Source: Mobula hypostoma
Lineage: Eukaryota
Reading direction: 5' to 3'
Length of the DNA: 64,000 nucleotides
Assembly: GCF_963921235.1 (NCBI RefSeq)
Contig: NC_086117.1
Coordinates: 52,018,001 to 52,082,000 of the forward strand
Position numbers and translations under genes: made by a program. The notes beneath the pieces are model-generated. The model was not told where the DNA came from. It made no database searches and saw nothing but the letters and a program-made list of their open reading frames with translations. Below, in pieces: positions 38,201 through 47,832 of the stretch. The stretch's first letter is position 1; the number at the start of each line of letters is the position of its first letter.

Positions 38201-41200
38201 AGTACCACAGTGTCAGTCTCGGACAGGGTCGCTCAGTACCACAGTGTCAGTCTCGGACGGGGTCGCTCAGTACCACAGTGTCAGTCTACAGGGTCGCTCA
38301 GTACCACAGTGTCAGTCTCGGACAGGGTCACTCAGTACCACAGTGTCAGTCTCGGACAGGGTCGCTCAGTACCACAGTGTCAGTCTACAGGGTCGCTAGT
38401 ACCACAGTGTCAGTCTCGGACAGGGTCGCTCAGTACCACAGTGTCAGTCTAGGACAGGGTCGCTCAGTACCACAGTGTCAGTCCAGGCCAGGGTCACTCA
38501 GTACCACAGTGTCAGTCTCGGACGGGGTCACTCAGTACCACAGTGTCAGTCTACAGGGTCACTCAGTACTACAGTGTCAGTGTCGGACAGGGTCACTCAG
38601 TACCACAGTGTCAGTCTACAGGGTCACTCAGTACCACAGTGTTAGTCTAGAACAGGGTCACTCAGTACCACAGTGTCAGTCTACAGGGTCACTCAGTACC
38701 ACAGTGTCAGTCTCGGACAGGGACGTTCAGTACCACAGTGTCAGTCTAGGACACGGTCGCTCAATACCACAGTGTCAGTCTCGGACAGGGTCGCTCAGTA
38801 CCACAGTGTCAGTCTCGGACAGGGTCACTCAGTACCACAGTGTCAGTCTACAGGGTCACTCAGTACCACGGTATCATTCTAGGACAGGGTCGCTCAGTAC
38901 CACAGTGTCAGTCTACAGGGTCGCTCAGTACCACAGTGTCAGTCTCGGACAGGGACGCTCAATACCACAGTGTCATCTACAGGGTCGCTCAGTACCACAG
39001 TGTCAGTCACGGACAGGGTCGCTCAGTACCACAGTGTCAGTCTACAGCGTCGCTCAGTACCACAGTGTCAGTCTAGGCCAGGGTCACTCAGTACCACAGT
39101 GTCAGTCTCAGACAGGATCGCTCAGTACCACAGTGTCAGTCTCAGACAGGGTCACTCAGTACCACAGTGTCAGTCTAGGACAGGGTCACTCAATACCACA
39201 GTGTCAGTCTACAGGGTCACTCAGTACCACAGTGTCAGTCTAGGACAGGGTCGCTCAGTACCACAGTGTCAGTCTACAGGGTCGCTCAGTACCACAGTGT
39301 CAGTCTCGGACAGGGTCGCTCAGTACCACAGTGTCAGTCTACAGGGTGACTCAGTACCACAGTGTCAGTCTACAGGGTCACTCAGTACCACAGTGTCAGT
39401 CTAGGCCAGGGTCACTCAGTACCACAGTGTCAGTCTCAGACAGGATCGCTCAGTACCACAGTGTCAGTCTCAGACAGGGTCACTCAGTACCACAGTGTCA
39501 GTCTAGAACAGGGTCACTCAGTACCACAGTGTCAGTCTACAGGGTCACTCAGTACTACAGTGTCAGTCTCGGACAGGGTCACTCAGTACCACAGTGTCAG
39601 TCTACAGGGTCACTCAGTACCACAGTGTCAGTCTACAGGGTCGCTCAGTACCACAGTGTCAGTCTAGGCCAGGGTCACTCAGTACCACAGTGTCAGTCTC
39701 AGACAGGGTCGCCCAGTACCACAGTGTCAGTCTACAGGGTCGCTCAGTACCACAGTGTCAGTCTCGGACAGGGTCGCTCAGTACCACAGTGTCAGTCTAT
39801 AGGGTCACTCAGTACCACAGTGTCAGTCTAGGCCAGGGTCACTCAGTACCACAGTGTCAGTCTACAGGGTCACTCAGTACCACAGTGTCAGTCTCGGACA
39901 GGGTCGTTCTGTTCCACAGTGTCAGTCTAGGACACGGTCGCTCAATACCACAGTGTCAGTCTCGGAGAGGGTCGCTCACTACCACAGTGTCAGTCTACAG
40001 GGTCACTCAGTACCACAGTGTCAGTCTAGGACAGGGTCGCTCAGTACCACAGTGTCAGTCTAGGACACGGTCGCTCAATACCACAGTGTCAGTCTCAGAC
40101 AGAATCACTCAGTAACACAGTGTCAGTCTGCAGGGTCGCTCAGTACCACAGTGTCAGTCTCCGACAGGGTCGCTCAGTACCACAGTGTCAGTCTACAGGG
40201 TCGCTCAGTACCACAGTGTCAGTCAAGGCCAGGGTCACTCAGTACCACAGTGTCAGTCTCAGACAGGGTCGCTCAGTACCACAGTGTCAGTCTCAGACAG
40301 GGTCACTCAATACCACAGTGTCAGTCTACAGGGTGACTCAGTACCACAGTGTCAGTCTACAGGGTCGCTCAGTACCACAGTGTCAGTCTAGGACAGGGTC
40401 ACTCAGTACCACAGTGTCAGTCTAGGACAGGGTCGCTCAGTACCACAGTGTCAGTCTCAGACAGGGTCACTCAGTACCACAGTGTCAGTCTAGGACAGGG
40501 TCACTGAATACCACAGTGTCAGTCTACAGGGTCGCTCAGTACCACAGTGTCAGTCTACAGGGTCACTCAGTACCACAGTGTCAGTCCAGGACAGGGTCGC
40601 TCAGTACCACAGTGTCAGTCTCGGACAGGGTCGCTCAGTACCACAGTGTCAGTCTGCAGGGTCACTCAGTACCACAGTGTCAGTCTACAGGGTCGCTCAG
40701 TACCACAGTGTCAGTCTAGGACAAGGTCACTCAATACCACAGTGTCAGTCTACAGGGTCACTCAGTACCACAGTGTCAGTCCAGGACAGGGTCGCTCAGT
40801 ACCACAGTGTCAGTCTCGGACAGGGTCGCTCAGTACCACAGTTTCAGTCTACAGGGTCACTCAGTACCACAGTGTCAGTCTAGGCCAGGGTCACTCAGTA
40901 CCACAGTATCAGTCTACAGGGTCACTCAGTACCACAGTGTCAGTCTCGGACAGGGTCGTTCATAACCACAGTGTCAGTCTAGGACACGGTCGCTCAATAC
41001 CACAGTGTCAGTCTCGGACAGGGTCGCTCAGTACCACAGTGTCAGTTTAGGACAGGGTCACTCAGTACCACAGTGTCAGTCTCGGACAGGGTCGCTCAGT
41101 ACCACAGTGTCAGTCTAGGACAGGGTCGCTCAGTACCACAGTGTCAGTCTAGGACACGGTCGCTCAATACCACACTGTCAGTCTCAGACAGAGTCACTCA

Positions 41201-44200
41201 GTACCACAGTGTCAGTCTACAGGGTCACTCAGTACCACAGTGTCAGTCTACAGGGTCGCTCAGTACCACACTGTCAGTCTCGGACAGGGTCGCTCAGTAC
41301 CACAGTGTCAGTCTACAGGGTCGCTCAGTACCACAGTGTCAGTCGAGGCCAGGGTCACTCAGTAGCACAGTGTCAGTCCAGGCCAGGGTCACTCAGTAGC
41401 ACAGTGTCAGTCTACAGGGTCACTCAGTACCACAGTGTCAGTCTCAGACAGGGTCGCTCAGTACCACAGTGTCAGTCTCGGACAGGGTCGCTCAGTACCA
41501 CAGTGTCAGTCTCGGACAGGGTCGCTCAGTACCACAGTGTCAGTCTACAGGGTCACTCAGTACCACAGTGTCAGTCTAGGCCAGGGTCACTCAGTACCAC
41601 AGTCTCAGTCTACAGGGTCACTCAGTACCACAGTGTCAGTCTCGGACAGGGTCGTTCATTACCACAGTGTCAGTCTAGGACACGGTCGCTCAATACCACA
41701 GTGTCAGTCTCGGACAGGGTCGCTCAGTACCACAGTGTCAGTTTAGGACAGGGTCACTCAGTACCACAGTGTCAGTCTCGGACAGGGTCGCTCAGTACCA
41801 CAGTGTCAGTCTAGGACAGGGTCACTCAGTACCACAGTGTCAGTCTAGGACAGGGTCGCTCAGTACCACAGTGTCAGTCTAGGACACGGTCGCTCAATAC
41901 CACAGTGTCAGTTTAGGACAGGGTCACTCAGTACCACAGTGTCAGTCTCGGACAGGGTCGCTCAGTACCACAGTGTCAGTCTAGGACAGGGTCACTCAGT
42001 ACCACAGTGTCAGTCTAGGACAGGGTCGCTCAGTACCACAGTGTCAGTCTAGGACACGGTCGCTCAATACCACAGTGTCAGTCTCAGACAGAGTCACTCA
42101 GTACCACAGTGTCAGTCTACAGGGTCACTCAGTACCACAGTGTCAGTCTACAGGGTCGCTCAGTACCACACTGTCAGTCTCGGACAGGGTCGCTCAGTAC
42201 CACAGTGTCAGTCTACAGGGTCGCTCAGTACCACAGTGTCAGTCCAGGCCAGGGTCACTCAGTAGCACAGTGTCAGTCCAGGCCAGGGTCACTCAGTAGC
42301 ACAGTGTCAGTCTACAGGGTCACTCAGTACCACAGTGTCAGTCTCAGACAGGGTCGCTCAGTACCACAGTGTCAGTTTCAGACAGGGTCACTCAATACCA
42401 CAGTGTCAGTCTACAGGGTCACTCAGTACCACAGTGTCAGTCTAGGTCAGGGTCACTCAGTACCACAGTGTCAGTCTACAGGGTCGCTCAGTACCACAGT
42501 GTCAGTCTAGGCCAGGGTCACTCAGTACCACAGTGTCAGTCTCGGACAGGGTCGCTCAGTACCACAGTGTCAGTCTCGGACAGAGTCGCTCAGTACCACA
42601 GTGTCAGTCTAGGACAGGGTCGCTCAGTACCACAGTGTCAGTCTAGGACAGGGTCACTCAATACCACAGTGTCAGTCTACAGGGTCGCTCAGTACCACAG
42701 TGTCAGTCTACAGGGTCACTCAGTACCACAGTGTCAGTCTAGGACAGGGTCGCTCAGTACCACAGTGTCAGTCTCAGACAGGGTCACTCAGTACCACAGT
42801 GTCAGTCTAGGACAGGGTCACTCAGTACCACAGTGTCAGTCTACAGGGTCGCTCAGTACCACAGTGTCAGTCTCGGACAGGGTCACTCAGTACCACAGTG
42901 TCAGTCTCGGACAGGGTCGCTCAGTACCACAGTGTCAGTCTCGGACAGGGTCGCTCAGTACCACAGTGTCAGTCTCGGACAGGGTCACTCAGTACCACAG
43001 TGTCAGTCTAGGACAGGGTCGCTCAGTACCACAGTGTCAGTCTAGGACACGGTCACTCAATACCACAGTGTCAGTCTCGGACAGGGTCACTCAGTACCAC
43101 AGTGTCAGTCTAGGACAGGGTCGCTCAGTACCACAGTGTCAGTCTCGGACAGGGTCGCTCAGTACCACAGTGTCAGTCTACAGGGTCACTCAGTACCACA
43201 GTGTCAGTCTAGGCCAGGGTCACTCAGTACCACAGTCTCAGTCTACAGGGTCACTCAGTACCACAGTGTCAGTCTCGGACAGGGTCGTTCATTACCACAG
43301 TGTCAGTCTAGGACACGGTCGCTCAATACCACAGTGTCAGTCTCGGACAGGGTCGCTCAGTACCACAGTGTCAGTTTAGGACAGGGTCACTCAGTACCAC
43401 AGTGTCAGTCTCGGACAGGGTCGCTCAGTACCACAGTGTCAGTCTAGGACAGGGTCACTCAGTACCACAGTGTCAGTCTAGGACAGGGTCGCTCAGTACC
43501 ACAGTGTCAGTCTAGGACACGGTCGCTCAATACCACAGTGTCAGTCTCAGACAGAGTCACTCAGTACCACAGTGTCAGTCTACAGGGTCGCTCAGTACCA
43601 CAGTGTCAGTCTACAGGGTCGCTCAGTACCACAGTGTCAGTCTCGGACAGGGTCGCTCAGTACCACAGTGTCAGTCTACAGGGTCGCTCAGTACCACAGT
43701 GTCAGTCCAGGCCAGGGTCACTCAGTACCACAGTGTCAGTCTAGGACAGGGTCACTCAGTACCACAGTGTCAGTTTAGGACAGGGTCACTCAGTACCACA
43801 GTGTCAGTCTCGGACAGGGTCGCTCAGTACCACAGTGTCACTCAGTACCACAGTGTCAGTCTACAGGGTCGCTCAGTACCACAGTGTCAGTATCGGACAG
43901 GGTCACTCAGTACCACAGTGTCAGTCTAGGTCAGGGTCACTCAGTACCACAGTGTCAGTCTACAGGGTCGCTCAGTACCACAGTGTCAGTCTAGGCCAGG
44001 GTCACTCAGTACCACAGTGTCAGTCTCGGACAGGGTCGCTCAGTACCACAGTGTCAGTCTCGGACAGGGTCGCTCAGTACCACAGTGTCAGTCTAGGACA
44101 GGGTCGCTCAGTACCACAGTGTCAGTCTAGGACACGGTCGCTCAATACCACAGTGTCAGTCTCAGACAGAGTCACTCAGTACCACAGTGTCAGTCTACAG

Positions 44201-47200
44201 GGTCACTCAGTACCACAGTGTCAGTCTACAGGGTCGCTCAGTACCACAGTGTCAGTCTCGGACAGGGTCGCTCAGTACCACAGTGTCAGTCTACAGGGTC
44301 GCTCAGTACCACAGTGTCAGTCCAGGCCAGGGTCACTCAGTACCACAGTGTCAGTCTACAGGGTCACTCAGTACCACAGTGTCAGTCTCAGACAGGGTCG
44401 CTCAGTACCACAGTGTCAGTTTCAGACAGGGTCACTCAATACCACAGTGTCAGTCTACAGGGTCACTCAGTACCACAGTGTCAGTCTAGGACAGGGTCAC
44501 TCAGTACCACAGTGTCAGTCTACAGGGTCGCTCAGTACCACAGTGTCAGTCTAGGCCAGGGTCACTCAGTACCACAGTGTCAGTCTCGGACAGGGTCGCT
44601 AGTACCACAGTGTCAGTCTCGGACAGGGTCACTCAGTACCACAGTGTCAGTCTACAGGGTCGCTAGTACCACAGTGTCAGTCTCGGACAGGGTCGCTCAG
44701 TACCACAGTGTCAGTCTAGGACAGGGTCATTCAGTACCACAGTGTCAGTCTAGGACAGGGTCGCTCAGTACCACAATGTCAGTCTACAACAGTGTCGCTC
44801 AGTATCACAGTGTAACACTATCTCAGTGCAAGTGACCTAGTATCATCCTCAACCTCCTTCAGTAATGAGAATCTCTGCCGGCCAAGTCTGATTTTCTTTC
44901 GCTCTTCCTTTCTAACAATTCTCCAAAATAACACACAATTTGTATCTACATTACTTTCAAGCTCTATGTTCAGGAGATGTTACAACAAGCAATAAGGTCA
45001 TACCTGCAGTTTCTTTAACCTCTCCTCTCGCTTCAAAAGGATTTCCAGAATCGGGATGACAAATGCCAATGTCTTCCCACTGCCGGTCACCTGTGTTAAA
45101 TTAATGCACACCGTTATCCAAAGGCAGCAAACGTTCGAGAAATTCAAGAGAAAGCGTTGGGTCACGAGGTAACTTACTGCTTCGACTGCCACGTCCTTGT
45201 TGCTTACGAACAGGGGGATTGTTGCAGACTAAAAGAGAACACAGACAAGATGGAGTCACACTTCTGAAAGTACTTGTCTGTTCTCTTCTTGAAACATAGA
45301 ACGTAGAACAGTACAGGACAGGCCATTCAGCCCACAATGTTGCACCAAAGCATGTAAAAAGCAAATTAAAAACACCCAAACTCTAATCCCTCCTTTCTAC
45401 ACCATGCCCATATCTGTCCATCTTCCTTACATTCATGTGCCTATCTAAACATCTCTAATGTATTTGCCTCCACCACCACACCAGGCAGAGCATTCCAGGC
45501 ATCCACCACTCTCTGAGTGAAAAACTTACCCCTCACATCCCCCTTGAACCTACCCCCTCTCACCTTCAGTGCATATCCTCTGGTATTAGACAGTTCAACC
45601 CTGGGAAACATGATACTCTCTGTCCACTCTATCTCTGCCTCTTATAACCTTATAAACCTCTATCAGATCTCCCCTCAGGCTCTGGCGCTCCTGAGTTTGT
45701 CCAGCATCTCGTGATAGCACATACCCTCTAAACGAGAGCAGCATCCTGATAAACCTCTTCCGCACCCTCTGCAAAGTGTCAACGTCCTTCCTAAACTCAA
45801 TGCTCCAGATGTGTACTAACCGGCTTATAAAGTAGCAACATAACCTCTTGACTTTTGAAGTCAATGCCTCAACTAATACAAGCAAGCATTCCACAACCCT
45901 TCTAAACCACCTTATTGACCTGGGTAGCAACTTTCAAGGAGCAATGAACATGGATCCCAAGATCTCTCTGCTCAGCAACACTGTTAAATGTCAGTGGACC
46001 CATATTTGACATTACTCACTCCTTCTTGTATGATATGTAACTGGATGAATCCTTCATCATAAAGAGAAAGAAATGTCCCTGATCACAGCTCTCTTTATTT
46101 AAAATGTCAGTGGGCAGCCTTTCACCTAATTACATCTGCACAACAGGTTCTTCAGATGCTGGAAACATTGTGGTTCATGTAACACTAGTACAGTAGCAGC
46201 GACCTGGGTTCAATTCCCGCCCGCTGAATGGGAGGAGTTTGTATGTTCTCTCCGTGACCATGTAGGTTTCCTCCGTGTGCTCTGGTTTCCTCCCACATTC
46301 CAAAGATGTACAGGTTAAAGGCAATGACTTGTGGGCATGCTATGTGGGCACCAGAAGTGTTGTGATACTTTTGGGCTGCCCCCAGCACATCCTCGGACTG
46401 TGTTGGTCATTGACGCAAACTACACATTTATTTACTTATTGAGTTACAGCGCGGAAAGCAGCAACCATCATCAGGGACCCTCCACCACGCAGGTCATGAT
46501 CTCTTCTCACTGCTGTTATCAGGTAGAATGTACAGGAGCCTCAGGACTCACACCACCAGGTTCAGGAATAGTTACTACCCCTCAACCATCAGGCTCTTGA
46601 ACCAAAGGGAATAACCTCACTCACCCCATCATTGAAATGTTCCCTCAACTTATGGCGCCACTTTCAAGAACTCTTCATCTCATGTTCTCAATACTTATTG
46701 CTTATCTTTTTTTTTGTATTTGCACAGTTTGTTGTCTTTTGCACATTGGTTGAACACCCAAATTGGTGCGGTCTTTCATTGATTCTGTTATGGTTAATAT
46801 TCTATTGTGGATTTATTGAGTATGCCCACAAGAAAATAAATCTCTGGACTGTATATGGAGACATACAGTATATGTACTTTGATAATAAATTTACTTTGAA
46901 CCTTTACTTCTCACATTTGCATCAAAGATCAGCACAGCACGAATATTGTGCTGGGGGCAGCCCGAAGTGTCACCACGCTCCCGGCAGTAGCATAGCACGA
47001 CAGCAACTTACTAACCCTAACCCTGTGGGAGGGAACCCACGTGGTCACGGGGAGAACGTGCAAACGCCTGACAGACAGTGACGGGAATTGAACTTCAGGT
47101 CAACATTTAATGAGACATTTGAACAGGCACATGGAGAGGAAAACCTTAAAGTCTGAGTCGAACATGGGCAACTGGACTATCAGGGAAGATGAACCTGTTG

Positions 47201-47483
47201 GGCCGAAGGGCCTTCTTCTGTGCTGTATTGCTCAATGACCGCGGATTCCGGGCTGGTCCGCCTCCCGTCAATTTATCCCTCAAGACCAGTACCGGTTACC
47301 TGTATGGGGAAGCCCAGCTCCCCGTTACCCGTATCGGGATCGAGCTTGGGAACATCCGCACCACCCCTCCTCCCCCGTTACCTGAACCGGAGTCATGCTA
47401 GAGAAGCCCAGACTCCGCAGCGACTCCAGGATCCGCGGGTGGACAGAGACCGGCAAACTCTCCCAATCACCGGAGTCCGCCAT
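15636..47483 (-). CDS. DDX55: ATP-dependent DEAD-box RNA helicase DDX55 (Spb4 orthologue), complete 14-exon gene, 1728 nt / 575 aa: complement(join(15636..15758,17975..18252,20318..20486,23289..23403,25776..25868,27400..27531,30365..30447,31782..31971,32156..32305,34658..34720,34880..34971,45004..45090,45178..45228,47382..47483))
   Basis: Q motif GFSSMTPVQ, Walker [44 protein letters not shown], Lys-rich C-terminus; all introns GT-AG and in phase. Confidence 0.97.
15854..16444 (+). mobile_element. CR1 LINE 3' fragment inserted into a duplicated piece of DDX55 exon 14
   Basis: ataaaagc...gttgaggctttataaagcactggtgaggcc...cctatatcttatggtctt; the flanks rejoin into an exon-14-like copy. Confidence 0.85.
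16983..17063. mobile_element. hAT MITE, 81 bp, perfect TSD ttttaatc
   Basis: caggggttcccaacc...gttgggaatccctg; ttttaatc at 16975-16982 and 17064-17071. Confidence 0.85.
17140..17780 (-). mobile_element. Nested LINE 3' fragments (CR1/L2-like, antisense)
   Basis: catagagtagtacagcacag tail then CR1 body ggcctttcaacattcgataggtttcaatg. Confidence 0.7.
17975..18252 (-). CDS. DDX55: DDX55 exon 13
   Basis: ttccag|[25 protein letters not shown]...KRKQAVKRK|gtgagt. Confidence 0.95.
18539..18955 (-). mobile_element. Young CR1/L2-like LINE 3' end
   Basis: Open frame [26 protein letters not shown]...TRGHGFK; nearly identical to 32878-33281. Confidence 0.85.
20318..20486 (-). CDS. DDX55: DDX55 exon 12
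   Basis: ccttag|[56 protein letters not shown]|gtaagt. Confidence 0.95.
21184..23270 (+). mobile_element. 5'-truncated L1 (LINE-1/Tx1 clade) retrotransposon: ORF2 RT thumb to CCHC finger plus 3' UTR, 16-bp TSD
   Basis: [57 protein letters not shown]; one frameshift near 22250; TSD aggaaaaagtaaatgt at 21168-21183 and 23271-23286. Confidence 0.93.
23289..23403 (-). CDS. DDX55: DDX55 exon 11
   Basis: ccgtag|[38 protein letters not shown]|gtacat. Confidence 0.95.
23538..25322. repeat. 28-bp minisatellite, ~64 copies, DDX55 intron 10
   Basis: Unit cacagg(a/t)cacattccacccaccaaa(tct/gcc); starts at 23546, 23574, ... Confidence 0.95.
25471..25740 (+). mobile_element. tRNA-derived V-SINE (HE1-like)
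   Basis: A box tggcgtagcggtt, B box gggttcaattccc, core ggagtttctacgttctc...ggtttcctcgcacagtcc; related copies near 16700-16960, 26510-26750, 32700-32877. Confidence 0.8.
25776..25868 (-). CDS. DDX55: DDX55 exon 10
   Basis: ttccag|[30 protein letters not shown]|gtattt. Confidence 0.95.
26040..26500. repeat. C-rich minisatellite, ~57-59-bp unit, ~8 copies, DDX55 intron 9
   Basis: Unit ctgttctcactcccctccccggctgtccgcgatcccctcactccccccacccccccat. Confidence 0.9.
27400..27531 (-). CDS. DDX55: DDX55 exon 9
   Basis: tttcag|[43 protein letters not shown]|gtagat. Confidence 0.95.
27660..28420 (-). mobile_element. Two stacked LINE (CR1/L2-like) 3' fragments
   Basis: Minus frame [25 protein letters not shown] and TRGQNFKV...[11 protein letters not shown]. 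Confidence 0.75.
28578..28880 (+). mobile_element. V-SINE (HE1-like)
   Basis: ggggtggcacggtagcacagcggttagc...ggggttcagttccc...tgtacgttccccc. Confidence 0.75.
29630..29895 (+). mobile_element. V-SINE (HE1-like) with aaataaataaa tail
   Basis: gtagcacagtggttagc...gagttcagttcc...tgtacgttctcccc...ggtttcctctgg. Confidence 0.7.
30365..30447 (-). CDS. DDX55: DDX55 exon 8
   Basis: tcacag|[27 protein letters not shown]|gtaaat. Confidence 0.95.
30960..31530 (-). mobile_element. Penelope-like element fragment (GIY-YIG C-terminus and terminal repeat)
   Basis: Minus frame [29 protein letters not shown]; terminal acacacaaaatgctggaggaactcagcag. Confidence 0.8.
31782..31971 (-). CDS. DDX55: DDX55 exon 7
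   Basis: ctgcag|[22 protein letters not shown]...[10 protein letters not shown]|gtgaga. Confidence 0.96.
32156..32305 (-). CDS. DDX55: DDX55 exon 6 (DEAD motif)
   Basis: ccacag|[49 protein letters not shown]|gtgagg. Confidence 0.96.
32878..33281 (-). mobile_element. Young CR1/L2-like LINE 3' end
   Basis: Open frame [29 protein letters not shown]...[14 protein letters not shown]; near-identical to 18539-18955. Confidence 0.85.
33545..33865 (+). mobile_element. Penelope-like element fragment
   Basis: [15 protein letters not shown] (GIY-YIG YIGET motif); gatgaggccaccctcagggtggag...caacctgatggcatgaatatcgatttc. Confidence 0.7.
34079..34625. repeat. 42-bp (38-bp variant) minisatellite, ~13 copies, DDX55 intron 5
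   Basis: Unit ccagagagctcagggagggccagaaatggacagggagataga at 34079, 34121, ... Confidence 0.92.
34658..34720 (-). CDS. DDX55: DDX55 exon 5
   Basis: ttttag|[21 protein letters not shown]|gtgagt. Confidence 0.95.
34880..34971 (-). CDS. DDX55: DDX55 exon 4
   Basis: atccag|[30 protein letters not shown]|gtgaga. Confidence 0.95.
35175..35240. repeat. (CA)n(TA)n compound microsatellite
   Basis: cacacacacacacacacacatatatata... Confidence 0.95.
36353..44812. repeat. 8.45-kb tandem array of 31/34-bp units (~255 copies), DDX55 intron 3
   Basis: Unit cagggtc(a/g)ctcagtaccacagtgtcagtct + a (31 bp) or cgga/agga/caga/aggc (34 bp). Confidence 0.97.
45004..45090 (-). CDS. DDX55: DDX55 exon 3
   Basis: acacag|[29 protein letters not shown]|gtatga. 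Confidence 0.95.
45178..45228 (-). CDS. DDX55: DDX55 exon 2
   Basis: ttttag|[17 protein letters not shown]|gtaagt. Confidence 0.95.
45292..45985 (-). mobile_element. CR1/L2-like LINE 3' fragment
   Basis: aaacatagaacgtagaacagtacagg tail; minus frame [10 protein letters not shown]...[14 protein letters not shown]. Confidence 0.75.
46165..46425 (+). mobile_element. V-SINE (HE1-like)
   Basis: gacctgggttcaattcccg...ggagtttgtatgttctctccgtgacc...ggtttcctcccacattccaaag. Confidence 0.75.
47382..47483 (-). CDS. DDX55: DDX55 exon 1
   Basis: [34 protein letters not shown]|gtaacg. Confidence 0.93.
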
Positions 47484-47660
47484 CGCTCCGGCACCACCAC
47501 TTCCGGTACGCACCCGCTCGCCTTCCGGCCGGTCCCGATTCGTGCTACTTGGTTCCGGAGCGCCGACTGCTCACAGCCGGACCGTTCACGGAGGGGACAC
47601 TGGAGGAGAGAACCTCCCCTCAGCCTCCGGCGCTCCAGGGAACGGACGACCCGGGTTTAT
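47484..47660 (-). promoter_or_regulatory. DDX55 CpG-rich promoter / 5' UTR with ETS (GABP-type) motifs
   Basis: ACCGGAAGTG on the minus strand at ~47499-47508; further CCGGAA cores at ~47523 and ~47553; CpG-rich. Confidence 0.65.
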
Positions 47661-47832
47661 CCAGCATCTTGAGATAGCACATGTCCTCTAATCCTGGCGA
47701 ACCTCTTCTGCACCTTCCCAAAGCCTCAAAATCCTTACTAGACTCAATACTCCAAATGTGCATTAACCGGAATATCATAAAGTTGCACCATAACCTCTTG
47801 ACTTATGAAGACAATGTCTCGACTAATAAAAG

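Noticed and set aside
36353-44812. Functional V(D)J recombination signal array or antigen-receptor locus
   Set aside because: Heptamers only; no nonamer at 12/23 spacing and no V, D or J segments
36220-44835. Dozens of QYHSVS/VPQCQS ORFs and a CRISPR-like appearance
   Set aside because: Tandem repeat with no unique spacers, no cas genes and a vertebrate context; ORFs are periodic artefacts, mostly with non-ATG starts
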